Assembly: GCF_006345805.1 (NCBI RefSeq)
Contig: NC_043003.1
Span: 88,474,001 to 88,538,000 of the forward strand
DNA from: Octopus sinensis
Lineage: Eukaryota
Direction of reading: 5' to 3'
Length of the DNA: 64,000 nucleotides
Shown piece by piece: positions 47,702-61,079 of this stretch. The notes beneath the pieces were generated by a model that had not been told where the DNA came from, did not search any database, and saw only the letters and a list, made by a program, of their open reading frames with translations. The position numbers and the translations under genes are program-made. The first letter of the stretch is position 1. Each line of letters opens with the position of its first letter.

Positions 47702-49231
47702 CTAGCAGTTAAGCCCGGTTTCACCCGGTCTGTTTGGATAATGTGGCTCTGATCGTTTTCAGTTAGGCATAATCTATAACAGCGTTTCTCAACCTTATCA
47801 TTTCAGGTCCCCTGTTTCGATTGGTGCCTCCAGCTGTATGAAATTTTCCACCCACCCCCTGTCAGAAAACAGCTTCAGGAGTTGTGAAGATAGAATTTGT
47901 ATGTAGTCTGTTTCTGAGAGCTATTGTATTGGACCTCTGTCCAATCATTAAAACATTTATTTAATTATGAGCATAGAAAGAAATTATACATTAATCCCTA
48001 TTTTTGTAAGCAGTTGTATCTATAAAAATTTTATTTGCAGATAGCAGAAATTGAAAGAAGACATGTGAAATGGATGTGTGTGTGTGCATGCCTGTGCATA
48101 TATATGTGAGAGAGAAAGAGGGTGAGAAAGAGAGATAGAGTGAGTAAAGTGAAAATATTTTCACAGAAAACAGCTTCAGGAGTTGTGAAGAAAGAATTTG
48201 TATGTAGTCTGTTTCTGAGAACTATTCTATTGGACCTCTGTCTAATCACATCTTTTAAGGTATACACACATACATAGAAAATGTGAGGTCATAGTAGAAA
48301 ATTTTTACGATAGTTGATTTATGGAAAAGATTATGTGAAATTTTTGAAATGCAAATTTGTGAATGAAAATGAAGTTCAGATGTCTACATGGTAGGTAGAC
48401 CTGGTAGAAATAGCAGCCAAATCTCCTTCAAAACACCCTCCTCCTGTATTAATCTGACAATTCTGCGTATTATGTAGTTTGAATGAGAAACTGTAACTAA
48501 AGACAAAGATAATTAACCCCACAAAGAGGTGAAAGACGAGAGACAGCATAGAGAAAATTTTGGTGACTGTCATTCTGTAGTGGAAAGGTATATGGCGGTT
48601 GTGTGAGCAACTGGTTATTTTAATGGGGGAAGAAAGAAGGGAAGAAGTTTTAATCAATTTTCTCAGTAAGTATGGGTGCTAGGAAAAAAACAGAAGAGGC
48701 ATTAAGAAGTTGACGTTAAGAATTGCTTAAACAGTTAGAAAATGTTTGTCATTTCAAGCATCATCAAAAAATGAAGCTGTAAGAATTTACGGGAAAACTG
48801 TATGTAAGATGTAAAGCAGAAATGATTTTTAACTGTACTGCCAAAGTTCTGCAACTTAATAGCAAACATATCCAATTTAAGAAAAATGAAGATAAAAGTT
48901 GAAGTGGAGAAGTGTGGAAGAAGTCATTGTTATACACTTATAGAAAAAATAGACACATACCTTTTTAGAGAACAAAATGTAGGTGAGAGCTATTGTATTG
49001 GACATCTGTGTAATCAGAGAGCAGAAATTGAAAGAAGATATATGAAATGGACGTGTGTGTTTTTCCGGCTAATTTGGCGGGATTTTTGCAGTCAGCATGA
49101 GGTGGTTTGTGTTTATCTCTGGAGGGGTGAAAAGGGGATCTTTTGAAGTCGCTGTGAAAGCGAAAGAGACAGATAGTATGAGTGAAGTTCTTTTGAAGTT
49201 GGTGTGATGCGGAAGAATTGATGTGCATGCA

Positions 49232-49265
<34 letters not shown>

Positions 49266-49657
49266 CATGAGTGTGTGAGAGAGAGAGAGCATGAGTGTGT
49301 GAGAGAGAGAGAGCATGTGCGTGTGAGACAGAGAGAGCATGTGTGTGTGTTTGATGGGGTGTGCAAGATGGACAAGAGATTTAACTGAAATTTTGTTATT
49401 CACTTGTTGTGAAAGAATGTGCGAGTGAGTAACAGAGAAAAGGAGAGAGAGGTTATGTATGTTGGTGGGGGAATTCCATTAGAAAAGTTTTAATCAATTT
49501 TCTTGGGGGCTAGGAAAAAAATACAAACTACATTCCAATCTATACATCCATCTCCACATGTGTGCCATTTTTCACGCGAATCCACCTGGCTGTTTGGCTG
49601 TGAACTTCAAGACAAGAAAGAATACAACGATCGCCCATGTTCAATTTATATTATAGA
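47702..49657 (-). mobile_element. Non-autonomous Helitron, about 1.96 kb, with internal duplications
   Basis: + strand A|CTAGCAGTTAAGCCCGGTTTCACCCGG at the left end and TTATAGA|T at the right. CAGAAAACAGCTTCAGGAGTTGTGAAGA... repeats at about 47862 and 48163. The right boundary is inferred. Confidence 0.6.
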
Positions 49658-49719
49658 TATACAATATATATATATATGCATTTGTGTGTGTGTATCTGTG
49701 TATATATATATATATATAT

Positions 49720-50056
49720 ATAGTGTAATAAATAAAATATATGCATACATACATACATATATGTACGTACCTACATCTACATGTATATATACATGCATAT
49801 ATAAATATATATACGTGAGTACAGGACACCACAACTAGAAAACGGAAAAACAAGCATGGAACAAACCATTTTTTTACAACAGAAAAACAGAAAAAATGGT
49901 TTGTTCCATGCTTGTTTTTCCGTTTTCGTTTCGTTCTACGTCTAGTTGTCATGTCCTGTACTCGCGTATATATATTTATATATGCATGTATATATACATG
50001 TAGATGTAGGTACGTACATATATGTATGTATGCATATATTTTATTTATTACACTAT
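49720..50056. repeat. Palindrome with arms of about 155-165 bp and a spacer of about 16 nt
   Basis: ATAGTGTAATAAATAAAAT...GTTTGTTCC arms are reverse complements; short insertion in the right arm. Confidence 0.9.
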
Positions 50057-50117
50057 TGTATGACAGCGCCCTCGCGTCGATTCGATTCGATTTGTTCCGT
50101 TCTTATTCTCCAAGTAC

Positions 50118-50163
<46 letters not shown>

Positions 50164-50828
50164 TATCATTTAATTGAACATCACGCATCCATTTCCAAGT
50201 AAGTTTATCTTAACCTTTTTGAAGCAACTCTACTCTATACTCTTTTCTTCCCTACCCTCTTTAATTCCCTTTTTCTCCCTTTCACCATTTTCTATCTGTC
50301 TCTCTCTCTCTTGTTACTCACAAGTGACTATCATCCATCTTTCTTTTCCTCATGTGACTACCTTTCTTTCCTGCATGGATATTCTCAATATTGGATGTCT
50401 CCTATCTCTTTCTTCTGTTTTTTCTCTTTTCAAAGAAAATATTTCCCTCAGCATGCACTATTTTCCACTTGTTCAGGTCTAACGACCCTCCATGTTTGTT
50501 TTCGTTTGGTTTTCCTGTATGTCTCCACTGTCCTCTTTTTGTTCCTAACTTTGATCCTCCATAAACCCAAAATTTTATTTTCGTATTTATGGGAACAACT
50601 GTCTTCGAAGACTCATACTGTCATTGGTTGCTCGAAATGGGGAGTAGATAGACAGCCGACAACTGATGAAGGGTCATTCTTTGTATTACTTGTCCTTTTT
50701 TCTCTTGTTATTTGCATATTTAACTCCTTTGTTTTTCTATTTCATGTTGTTTACTGTTGGTGACATCCTGTACACATATATGCATATATATGTGTGTGTG
50801 TGTGTGTATATATATATGTGTGTGTGTG

Positions 50829-50915
<87 letters not shown>

Positions 50916-50956
50916 GTATCCCTTTCCAACTAAGTTTATATATACATATAAATATA

Positions 50957-51851
50957 CTAGCTGATGTACCAGTAATTCACAGGAAAGCGGGGCTTATCCC
51001 TTTGTTCCATTCTCATTATTGTTTCACTAATCCAGTACCAACAATAGAAAGTATGTAGCCCTTAAAACGGCTTTTATGCATTTATTGAGAATACCAAACT
51101 GTCTTACACAGGATCTTGTATTAAGGAATTCCCAATAAGTTATGAATACCCAAATTGTGAAGTCAGTTATGTAATAACATGAAATTGTAGCCCCAAAAGG
51201 GGCTTTAATATGTTCCTAGGGTATATAGAACTTAGGAGAGAATACTAGTAAGGTATGTATACAAAAATCATAAAGCATGTTACGTGATAACAGGCTAATC
51301 GGATATGAGATAATAACAATTCAAAGTAAATAACTCTGAAAAATGCTTTTGTGCATTCACAGAGAATATTACCCTCAGCAGCGCTAGTGTTGGTATATTC
51401 TTGAATAAGTCACTAACCAAAAAAAGTGGTTCTATTGTTTAGGAAAATAGTATTTACTTGTTTAAGCGTTGTACTGGATAAATTGCGAAAAATAACTCAA
51501 ATAGTTCAAATACTAAGAAATAAGCTTACTCAATTTGATTTATACGAAATAATTTATGAACATGAATGGGTTATTTCCCTTCGATATATATAAGGATCCC
51601 TTTCAGGAGTGAATGGGTTATTTCCCTTGGATATTTAGAAATAATACACTAGTTATATGTAGTAGATATTAGAATCCCTTCCAGAAGCACTATTATTGAT
51701 TTTTTTCAACAATCTAAGTATGTCACTAGTTTTCCAGGAATGAGTTCTACTCACATAGCAAGTTTCATCTAAATCGATAAACTGATGTAGGAGGAGTTAG
51801 ATAACTACGCCACAAACCAATACACCCACAGATTTCCACATATGTAGTAGA
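50957..51851 (-). mobile_element. Non-autonomous Helitron-like element
   Basis: Minus strand starts TCTACTACATATGTGG and ends GAATTACTGGTACATCAGCTAG|T; internal AAGGGAAATAACCCAT repeats. Confidence 0.6.
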
Positions 51852-51905
51852 TATATATATATATATATCATTTATATCATTTTTTAATTGAATGCCATGC
51901 ATCCA

Positions 51906-51967
<62 letters not shown>

Positions 51968-51969
<2 letters not shown>

Positions 51970-53037
51970 CATATGTGGAAAATAGGTGTGTTTGTGGCTT
52001 TGTTAGCTAGCTCCCCCTATATTGTTTTATTGATTTTGATGAAATTTAACACATGAGTAGAACTCATGTCTGGAAACCTCATGACATACTTAGTTGAATA
52101 AATCAATAATACAGCCACTGGAAGGGACCTTTACATCTACCTCATATAACTAATTTTTTTAAATACCCAAGGGAAATAACCCATACCACCTGTACAATAT
52201 TTTATTTAAACACTTAAGGGAAATATCCCATTTCATTGTTTATGTTCAATTACTTTGAATATTGATTTTTTTGTGCATCCTATATATAATTTTTGCAGAC
52301 AATATCACTTTTATACTTTGACAAGTGAGTAGAACTCATGTCTGGAAACATTATGACATACTTAGATTGTTGAAAAAAAGTCGATAAAAGGGCCCTTTTA
52401 ATGGATCATTCTATCTACTACATATTACTAATATTTTATTTAAACAACTCAAGGGAAATAACCTATACCACCTGCAGAATTTTAGCGAAGCAATCAATAT
52501 TTGATTCTCATGATCAGCCAACCTAATTCTGCATTTCACTACTCACAGCTTTGAATAGCTAAACATTATTATTGCACTTCCTTAATTTGAATCTTAAACC
52601 TTCAAGACTTCATTCATACATTTCTATGCATACATACTTTTTTGAATGCCCATTGCTCCAATAATTCTGCACTTTTACAGTTACACTTTTTCCATGACAG
52701 TAGATAAATTTCTTATTTCACAACGTATTTGTAATGGCTTCATGCAGGCATAGCATGGATTCGATCCTTGATTCCCAAATTTCTCTTAACACATTAATGG
52801 CTCTTTTCTCGGTAAAACAATACTTTTTCTGTGAATGACAGCAGTTATGTATTTCGCAGATGCCTTCACTAAGCAGAATAATGTCTTTGCCTATCGCCAA
52901 CCTCCAAAAGCCTCTCTCACCATGTACTTTTTCGTGATGGAAAATATGCCTTTTGTGGCAGTTATAACGAAATTGTTTTCTTATATCAGAGTAATAGAAC
53001 ATCTTCACCCCCGAGAATTACCGAGTACACTAGCTAG
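51968..53037 (+). mobile_element. Diverged same-family Helitron-like element in the opposite orientation
   Basis: ACATATGTGGAAA...GAGTAGAACTCAT.CTGGAAA...GACATACTTAG shared with the previous element; ends GAATTACCGAGTACACTAGCTAG|T. Confidence 0.55.
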
Positions 53038-53130
53038 TATATACATACATATATTTATTTATGTATATATATATATATATATATTATTTATATTATTATT
53101 TAATTGAATGCCATGCATCCATTTCCAAGT

Positions 53131-53176
<46 letters not shown>

Positions 53177-53234
53177 ATGTATATATATATAAAATTTATA
53201 TTATTATTTAATTTAACGCCACCCATCCATTTCC

Positions 53235-54337
53235 AAGTAAGTTTAGCTTCCGTTACCTAGGGATCAAGTCAGTAGCAGCGGTGGATGCTCTGAAAGTGTA
53301 GCTGCTAGAATAAGAATAGCCTGGGCAAAGTTCAGAGAGCTCCTACCTTTGCTTGTGCCAAACGGCCTCTTGCTCAGAGTAAAAGGTAGACTATATGATG
53401 CATGTGTACGAACAGCCATGCTACATGGCAGGGAAACATTGACTGTGACTGCTGAGGACATGCCTAAGATTGCAAGAAATGACGCCAGTATGCTCCGATG
53501 GATGTGTAATGTCAGTGTGCATACACAACAGAATGTAAGTGCCTTGAGAGAAAAGTTGGACCTAAGAAGCATCAGATGTGGTGTGCAAGAGAGACGACTG
53601 CGCTGGTGTGGTCATATGTTGCGAATGAATGAGGACAGCTGTGTGAAAAGGTGTCACACCCTAGCAGTTGAGGGAACTGTGGAAGAGGTAGACCCAGGAA
53701 GACCTGCGATGAGGTGGTGAAGCATGACCTTCGAACAATGGGCCTCACCAAGGCAATGACTAGTGACTGAGACCTTTGGAGATAAGCTGTACTTGAGAAG
53801 ACCTGATAAGCCAAGTGATTCTATAGATCATGGTCTATGCCAGTGGATGTAACCAGCCCACTTTTATGAGTACCCCTCATTCACTGGACAATAAACTTTG
53901 CTTGTGAAGACCTATTGAGGCAAGTGAAATCAAAATCACTGACATGGCCGATGCCAGTACCACCTGATTGGCACTCGTGCCAGTGGAACGTAAAAAGCAC
54001 CATTCATGCATGATCATTGCCTTACCAGCACATGAAAAACAACATTTGTGTGTGGCTGTTGCCAGTGCCACCGAACTGGCTCCCATGCAGGTAGCACATA
54101 AAAAAACACCTTTTGTGTGTGATCATTGCCAGAACCAGCTGACTGGCCCTCGTGCCGGTGGCATGTAAAAGCACCCGCTACACTCTCAGAGTGGTTGGCA
54201 TTAAGAAGGACATCTAGCAGTAGAAACTTTGCCAGATCAGATTGGAGCCTGGTGCAGCCTTCTGGCTCGCCAGTCCTCAGTCAAATCGTCCAATCCATGC
54301 CAGCATAGAAAGTGGACGTTAAACGACGAAGATGATA
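53235..54337 (+). mobile_element. RTE LINE 3' portion
   Basis: RVKGRLYDACVRTAMLHG...RRLRWCGH; 3' UTR; CGTTAAACGACGAAGATGAT tail. Confidence 0.9.
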
Positions 54338-54410
54338 TATATATATACACACAAATGGATATATATTTTATATGTATATATATACATCCATGTATGCATA
54401 TATATATAAT

Positions 54411-54935
54411 TCTGGGTTCAGTCCCACTGCATAGCACCTTGGGCAAGTGTCTTCTACTATAGCCTCGGGGCAACCAAAGCCTTGAGAGTGGGTTAGGTAA
54501 ATGGAAACTGAAAGAAGACACATGTATATATATATATAGGCGCAGGAGTGGCTGTGTGGTAAGTAGCTTGCTAACCAACCACATGGTTCCGGGTTCAGTC
54601 CCACTGCGTGGCATCTTGGGCAAGTGTCTTCTGCTATAGCCCCGGGCCGACCAATGCCTTGTGAGTGGATTTGGTAGACGGAAACTGAAAGAAGCCTGTC
54701 GTATATATGTATATATATATATGTGTGTGTGTGTTTGTGTGTCTGTGTTTGTCCCCCTAGCATTGCTTGACAACCGATGCTGGTGTGTTTACGTCCCCGT
54801 CACTTAGCGGTTCGGCAAAAGAGACCGATAGAATAAGTACTGGGCTTACAAAGAATAAGTCCTGGGGTCGATTTGCTCGACTAAAGGCGGTGCTCCAGCA
54901 TGGCCACAGTCAAATGACTGAAACAAGTAAAAAAA
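54411..54935 (+). mobile_element. Partial SINE (54411-54522) followed by a full SINE (54538-54935), family A
   Basis: B-box-to-body fragment, then a complete copy. Confidence 0.85.
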
Positions 54936-54957
54936 AAATTTTTTTTAAATATAATCG

Positions 54958-57760
54958 TTCCAGCGATTCAGCTGAGATAACTAATTTAGTAGGTGCATAT
55001 TTATTAAGGTGCATAAAAAGAGAAATCCCTGAATTACAGCATTGAAAGGATTAAAAAGAAAATTAATAAGTTCTTTAAAGATTTTAACCTTAGCATAACT
55101 TATGAACCTGGCACTAAGATAGTCAATTTCCTAGATATCACCTTAGACCTTAACTCTAAGCTACATTACCCATTTAGAAAGGAAGGTGAAATCACTAGAT
55201 ATGTAAATAAATTATCTAATCATCCCCCTAATATAATAAAATCATTAGTTAGAAATATTTCCCTAAGAATTTCCAAACTGTCATCTAATAGTGATATATT
55301 CAATTCTCACTCTAAACACTATAATACTGCATTATCTAAAGCAGGATACAACCATGAAATTACCTTTCTCGATAAGGATAGTTTGTATCTTCCAAACAAG
55401 GAAGAGAATATTAACTACGTAAACAAGAATAACTATCGTGCCCGACATAAAAATAGATTTATGGTGACGAAAAATCCAGTGTACAAACCAAATTATATGA
55501 ATAAAAATATTGACCAGTGCATAGGTAACTTTGAAAAAACTAATCTAGATAAATCTAAAAAACATACAAATAAAAGTAATACGAATAATAATTCTCGTGA
55601 GAACAGTAATAACACATTTCACCCTAACTCTAATTTAAGAAAATATCATTTGGCTAAATATTCCTTTTAACTGTACGATTTTATTGAATGTATACAGTAG
55701 ATTCAAATCTATACTAGAAAAAAATTTTCCAGCCTCTCATAAATATCATAGAATAATTTCTAAGAGAACAGTTAGGATTTCTTATTCAACCCTCCCAAAT
55801 ATGTCCACTATAGTAGCTAGAATTAATAGTAAAAACATTAAGTTAGCCAGGAGTAGTAAGATTAGTATCAACATGAATAGCAATTATAATAATAGTATCA
55901 AAAATAATAATAATAATTATCAAAATGAGAGCAACATCAATAACAATAATATCAGTAATATTAATAGAAATAATTATAATGATAAAAATAAGGATAATAT
56001 AAATAAAATAATACCGAAAATAATGATAGCAATTATATCTATAGCAGTAATAATTACTTTGATATAAATACAAATAATAATAATAGCAATATCAATAATG
56101 TAGGTAATAGAGGTACTGTTATGGTGGATGTGAATGATAGTGTAAATGGATCAATAAATACTAACCCCACTTTAGATAACAATATTACCTATAATAATGA
56201 AAATAATATTTATAATAATTTGAATAACAGCAATAACAGATCTGTCCTTAAATAATTCCAAATCTGATAATTATCCCCCTAGTTGCAATTGTAGGATTAG
56301 ATCAAATTGTCCGGCATCTGGTCATTGTTCAGTCCAAAATGTAATCTATAAATGTACTATAACAACTTCTAATAGTAACTTTTTTTACATCGGTTGTTCT
56401 ATTAATTTTAAACAGAGAATTAACAATCATCTTTCCTCTTTCTGATTAGATCATAAAGCAGGTTGCACTACACTATCTAGAAAAATTTGGGATCTCAAAA
56501 ATAATAACATTAAATATAACCTAAAATGGGAAATAGTTAGAAGGGCAATACCTTACAGAAATAATAGGGTAGGCTGCCAACTCTGTTCTATGGAGACCTA
56601 TGAGATTTTAAAGTATAGAAAAAATAAAAATCTACTAAATAATCGTCTAGAGTTAGGTCTGTCTTGTATTCATTCAAAAATCAAAACTTTAAAATATTTC
56701 AAATAGAAATTTGAAGGTTCTCCTATTGTTGTTCTTTCTAACTGTATCTTTTTAATATAATAAATAGAAATTTGTACTATGCTAGCTTTTAATTGACTTT
56801 ATAGTCAACTAAACTAACCTTACTTAAATCATAGATTTGCAAATTTTCCCAATTCTATTCTAAATTTAACATGTAATACTATTCTCTTAGTTACATATTT
56901 GATTTTCACTATAAATTTGAATAGGTACAGTTCCCCTACCATTTGCTATTGATTCTAATTGACCTCTAGATAGTGATCTAGATACTTTCTTACCATATAA
57001 AAATAAAATTTAAAATAAAAACAAAAATAAAAATAGCCTTCTATTCTAGTGTTAACCTTGATTTTCTTGCTGTATCTTTCTCTACCGATAACCTAAGACC
57101 CTCTTATAGTTTTCCTTAGATCTTTCTTTCTCCTAGCTCCCACTATAAATTCTGATGGCTTTCATTTGAAAGCAAGGTGTGGTCAACCTTGCAGTCTCTT
57201 AAGAACTAGAATTTCTGTCACCATAGAAATAGGCTGACCTTTCTTTTTAGTGTCACTCTGTCTTTGTTCCTTTTACACCCCCCAAATTTTTTTTTTCTCT
57301 TTCTGTTCTTTTGTCCAGCTAATCAGCTTCCTTGACCTACCCTACTATCATTCCTACCACTAAAGAAATTTTTTCTTGCAACAGTTAGATGCGAACTTGG
57401 TCTGACTGGCATCTTTCTTCATGTTTCCTGAAATTTATATCCACAACTTTATCGGTATATTTACCTTCTCTGGGATGTCACTAATTAATTTGAGAACTTT
57501 ACATTGTTGGAAAGCATATATGAATTCAATCTTGGTCTACTTGGCATCTTGCTTCAAGTTCCTGAAACTCACATCTACAACTTTATCGGTATATTTACAC
57601 TCTCTAAGATGTTATTAATTGATTTGAGAACTTTGCATTGTTGGAAAACCTATATGAAATTAGCTGAAGATTACTTGACATATTATATTTGCAGCTTTAA
57701 TAAATTGTTATAGTATGAAACAATTGTACTAAATTACCAGATCCATTCTTGTTGCTTATT
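54958..57760 (+). mobile_element. Penelope-like element, 5'-truncated, with 3' region and hammerhead; same family as 6300-8010
   Basis: DSAEITNLVGAYLL; IVNFLDITLDL; SNHPP; KNFPASHKYHRIISKRTVRISYSTLPN; VIYKC...FYIGCS; LSRKIWDLK. Tandem duplication of about 133 bp at 57398-57660. The 3' limit is approximate. Confidence 0.85.
57659..57732 (+). ncRNA. Minimal Penelope-type hammerhead motif
   Basis: TTAG-CTGAAGA-T-TACT...AGTA-T-GAAAC-AATT-GTA-CTAA. 4-bp stem I, palindromic stem III (ACAATTGT), U-U mismatch at the base of stem II. Confidence 0.65.
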
Positions 57761-57779
57761 TTTTAGTTATATATATATA

Positions 57780-57990
57780 TGTATGTGCATGTGTCTGTAT
57801 TTGTCCCCCGCAACATCACTTGACAACTGACACAGGTTTGTTTACATCCCCATAACTTAGCAGTTTGGCAAAAGAAATCAATAGAATAAGTACTAGGCTT
57901 ACAAAGTATAAGTCCAGGGATTGATTTTGTCAACTAAAGATGGTGCTCCAGCATGGTCACAGTCAAATGACCGAAATAAGCAAAAGAATA
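57780..57990 (+). mobile_element. 3' half of a family A SINE, diverged
   Basis: TTTGTCCCCC...GATAGAATAAGTACT...GGTGCTCCAGCATGG. Confidence 0.75.
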
Positions 57991-58042
57991 TAAGTATACA
58001 TATATAAATATATGCATTTGCGCGTGTGTGTGTGTATATATA

Positions 58043-61030
58043 TATCATCCTCGTTTAGTGTCAGCTACAATTTCCATTGATGTTGATCGATTTTGATTTT
58101 GATTTTCATTTGCCTCAACAGGTCTTCACAAGTAGAGTTTTGTGTCCCAAGAAGGAAATGTATGCATAAGTGGACTGAGGCCACAGGTTATGGTCTCACT
58201 TGTCCTGCCGGGTCTTCTCACGCACAGCATACTTCCAAAGGTCTCGGTCTCTAGTCATTTCCTCGGTGAGACCTAAGTTCAAAGGTCGTGCTTCACCACC
58301 TTGTCCCAGGTTTTCCTGAGTCTACCTCTTCCACAGGTTCCCTCAACCGCTAGGGTGTGGCACTTTTTCACACAACGATCTTCATCCATTCTCGCCACAT
58401 GACCACACCAGCGCAAATGTCTCTCTTGCACACCACAACTGATGCTTCTTAGGTCCAACTTTTCTCACAAGTATGAACACTGACATTACACATCCATCGG
58501 AGCATACTGGCTTCATTTCTTGCGAGCTTACGCATATGCTCAGCAGTCACAGCCCACGTTTCATTGCCATGTAGCATGGCTGTTCGTACACATATGTCAT
58601 ACAGTCTGCCTTTTACTCCGAGCGAGAGGGGTTTTGTCCCTAGCAGAGGTAAGAGCTCTCTGAACTTTGCCCAAGCTATTCTTACTCTAGCAGTTACACT
58701 TTCAGCACACTTGCCCCCGCTACTGACTTGGTCCCCTAGGTAATGGAAGCTATCAACTATTTCTAGTTTTTCTCCCTGGAAAGTGACAGAAGTTGGTCTC
58801 AGAGCATTTTCATTGTTTATTGCTCCTGAGCATCTGCCACATACAAAACTATCTTCCTAGTTAGCCTTCCCTTGACGTTGCTGCACCTCTTATGTGTCCA
58901 TACCTTACACTTGGTGCATCTTATAGAGTTTCTACCTACGCCTTTTCTACAGATCGAGCAGGGCCATCTACCTGAAGGTGCTTTTGACTTGTCTACCTTC
59001 CTACTTATTACGACTTTGGTTTTAGCTAGGTTGACTCTAAGGCCCTTCAATTCTAATCCTTGCTTCCACACCTGAAACTTCTCTTCCAGTTCTGATAGTG
59101 ACTCAACAATTAGAGCAAGGTCATCAGCATAGAGGAGCTCCCAGGGGCATCCTGTCTTGAATTCCTCCATTACTGCCTGGAGGACTATGATAAATAGGAG
59201 GGGGCTGAGAACTGAACCTTGGTGGACCCCTACCTCTACCCGGAATTCTTCACTGTACTCGTTGCCAACCCTCACCTTTCTAGCAGCGTCCCTGTACATG
59301 GCTTGCACAGCTCTCACTATCCCTAGTTTCCTCATTGACTACCAGATAAGGGATCGGGGGACCCTGTCGAAGGCTTTCTCAATGTCAACGAAAGCCAGGT
59401 ACAGGGGCTTATCTTTGGCTTGGTATTTCTCCTGCATCTGTCTTACCAGAAATATGGCATCAGTGATGCTTTTCCTTGGCACGAACCCAAACTGCATCTC
59501 ATCTAAACTAACACTCTCTCTCTAATTAGTTGGGCTATGACCCTCTCCGGAACTTTCATTACCTGATCCAACAGCTTGATACCTCTGTAATTATTTGTAT
59601 GTAGAGCGTCACCTTTACCTTTGCAGCAGTTGACTATTATGCTGCTACACCAGTCATTGGGTATGACTCCTTCGTATATCACCTGGTTAACTATACGGGT
59701 GACTAGGTTATAGCCGACACTGCCAGATATTTTGAGCATCTCTGCAGTAATTCCTGATGGGCCTGGGGCTTTCCCTGTCTTCATGCTTCTAATTGCTTTA
59801 ACTACCAAAGAATAGTCAACTTGGATGGCTGGTCCCTCCGTTGGGTCGACATTCGGCAGACTCTCTTCATCCCATTCATTTTCTTTATTCAGCAACCTTT
59901 CATAGTGGCATCTCCAAACCTCTCTCTTTGCAACCTTATTTAGCGCAAGTGAACCATCAACCATGTGAACACATTTCTCTCCTACCACATCATGATTTTC
60001 TCTCACACACTGTCTTGCAACATGAAATACCTCAAGTCTTTGGTCTTCATGGCGCAGAACATTGGCAAATTTTTTCTTATCTGCTTCCCCTCTGGCTAAA
60101 TAAACCTGTCTCTTAGCTTCTCTTTGGGCAGTCTGATACAATTCCCTGCTACCCCCATTCTTCCAGTCCTTCCAAGCCTGTCTCTTTTCTCTAATAGCCC
60201 TGTCTACAACATTGTTCCACCACCACGTTATTTTAGGTCGAGAGGGGACTTTGCACCAGCCACAGATCTGGTCAGTGGCTCTCAGCAGGTTGTCCCTTAG
60301 AGACCTCCAGCTGTCTTCTACCCCATGTGAAGCTATATCCCCTTCTACTTCATCAAAGGCTTCAAGTAATATTTCCCTAAGTCTCTGTCCATTCGCAGGA
60401 TATTTAAGCTTCCAGATCCTTCTTCTCCATGTTGGTCGTCTTCTAGTCGTCCTCTTAGTCCTGATCCTAAAGTCACTAACTACCAGTCTATGTTGTGGGG
60501 TACATTCTTCACCTGGGAAGGTTTTGGCATTTATAAGCAGCCATCTTTCCCTTTTCCTGGTATGGATGTAGTCAATTTGGCTAGTATGTCGTCCCGATCG
60601 GTAGGTGACTGGTAGGTTTCCTGAAGTTAGAGTTGCAAACCATAAGATCATTTGCATCGCAGAACTCCAGCAGCCTGGTTCCCTCCTTGTTGCGGGAGCC
60701 ATAACCATAACCTCCACGTACACCATGGAAGCCCCCAGCATGTTTTCCAACATTCCCATTGAAATCACAAGCCACAAAGAGAAGGTCTCTGTCGTTCGTC
60801 AATGAGGTAGTCTGCAGTAGGGTGTCATAGAATCGGTCTTTCTGTCTATCGGGTAGCCCAGGCAGAGGGGCAGAGGCTGATATAATGGTTGCTAATCCAT
60901 GATGAAGCACTAATCTAATCTTAAGTATTCTGTCACATACCCTGATTACCTCAATTACCTTATCTACCCATTTTTCAGCAAGAAGTATACCCACGCCCCC
61001 AACCCCGTCAGTGTTCCCTGCCCAGAAAAT
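58043..61030 (-). mobile_element. RTE LINE, 5'-truncated, same family as 2612-6005
   Basis: GVGILLAEKW, AGDFNG-like and SQIDYI (APE); NYRGIKLL; HQGSVLSP; LLYADD; PHD-like cysteine cluster. Confidence 0.93.
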
Positions 61031-61079
61031 CTTGTATCTGTGTTCTTTGCAATATATATACACACACACATATATATGT

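Noticed and set aside
50590-50690. TCGAAGA...GCTCGAAA and a separate CTGATGA
   Set aside because: The core is altered and stem II arms do not pair.
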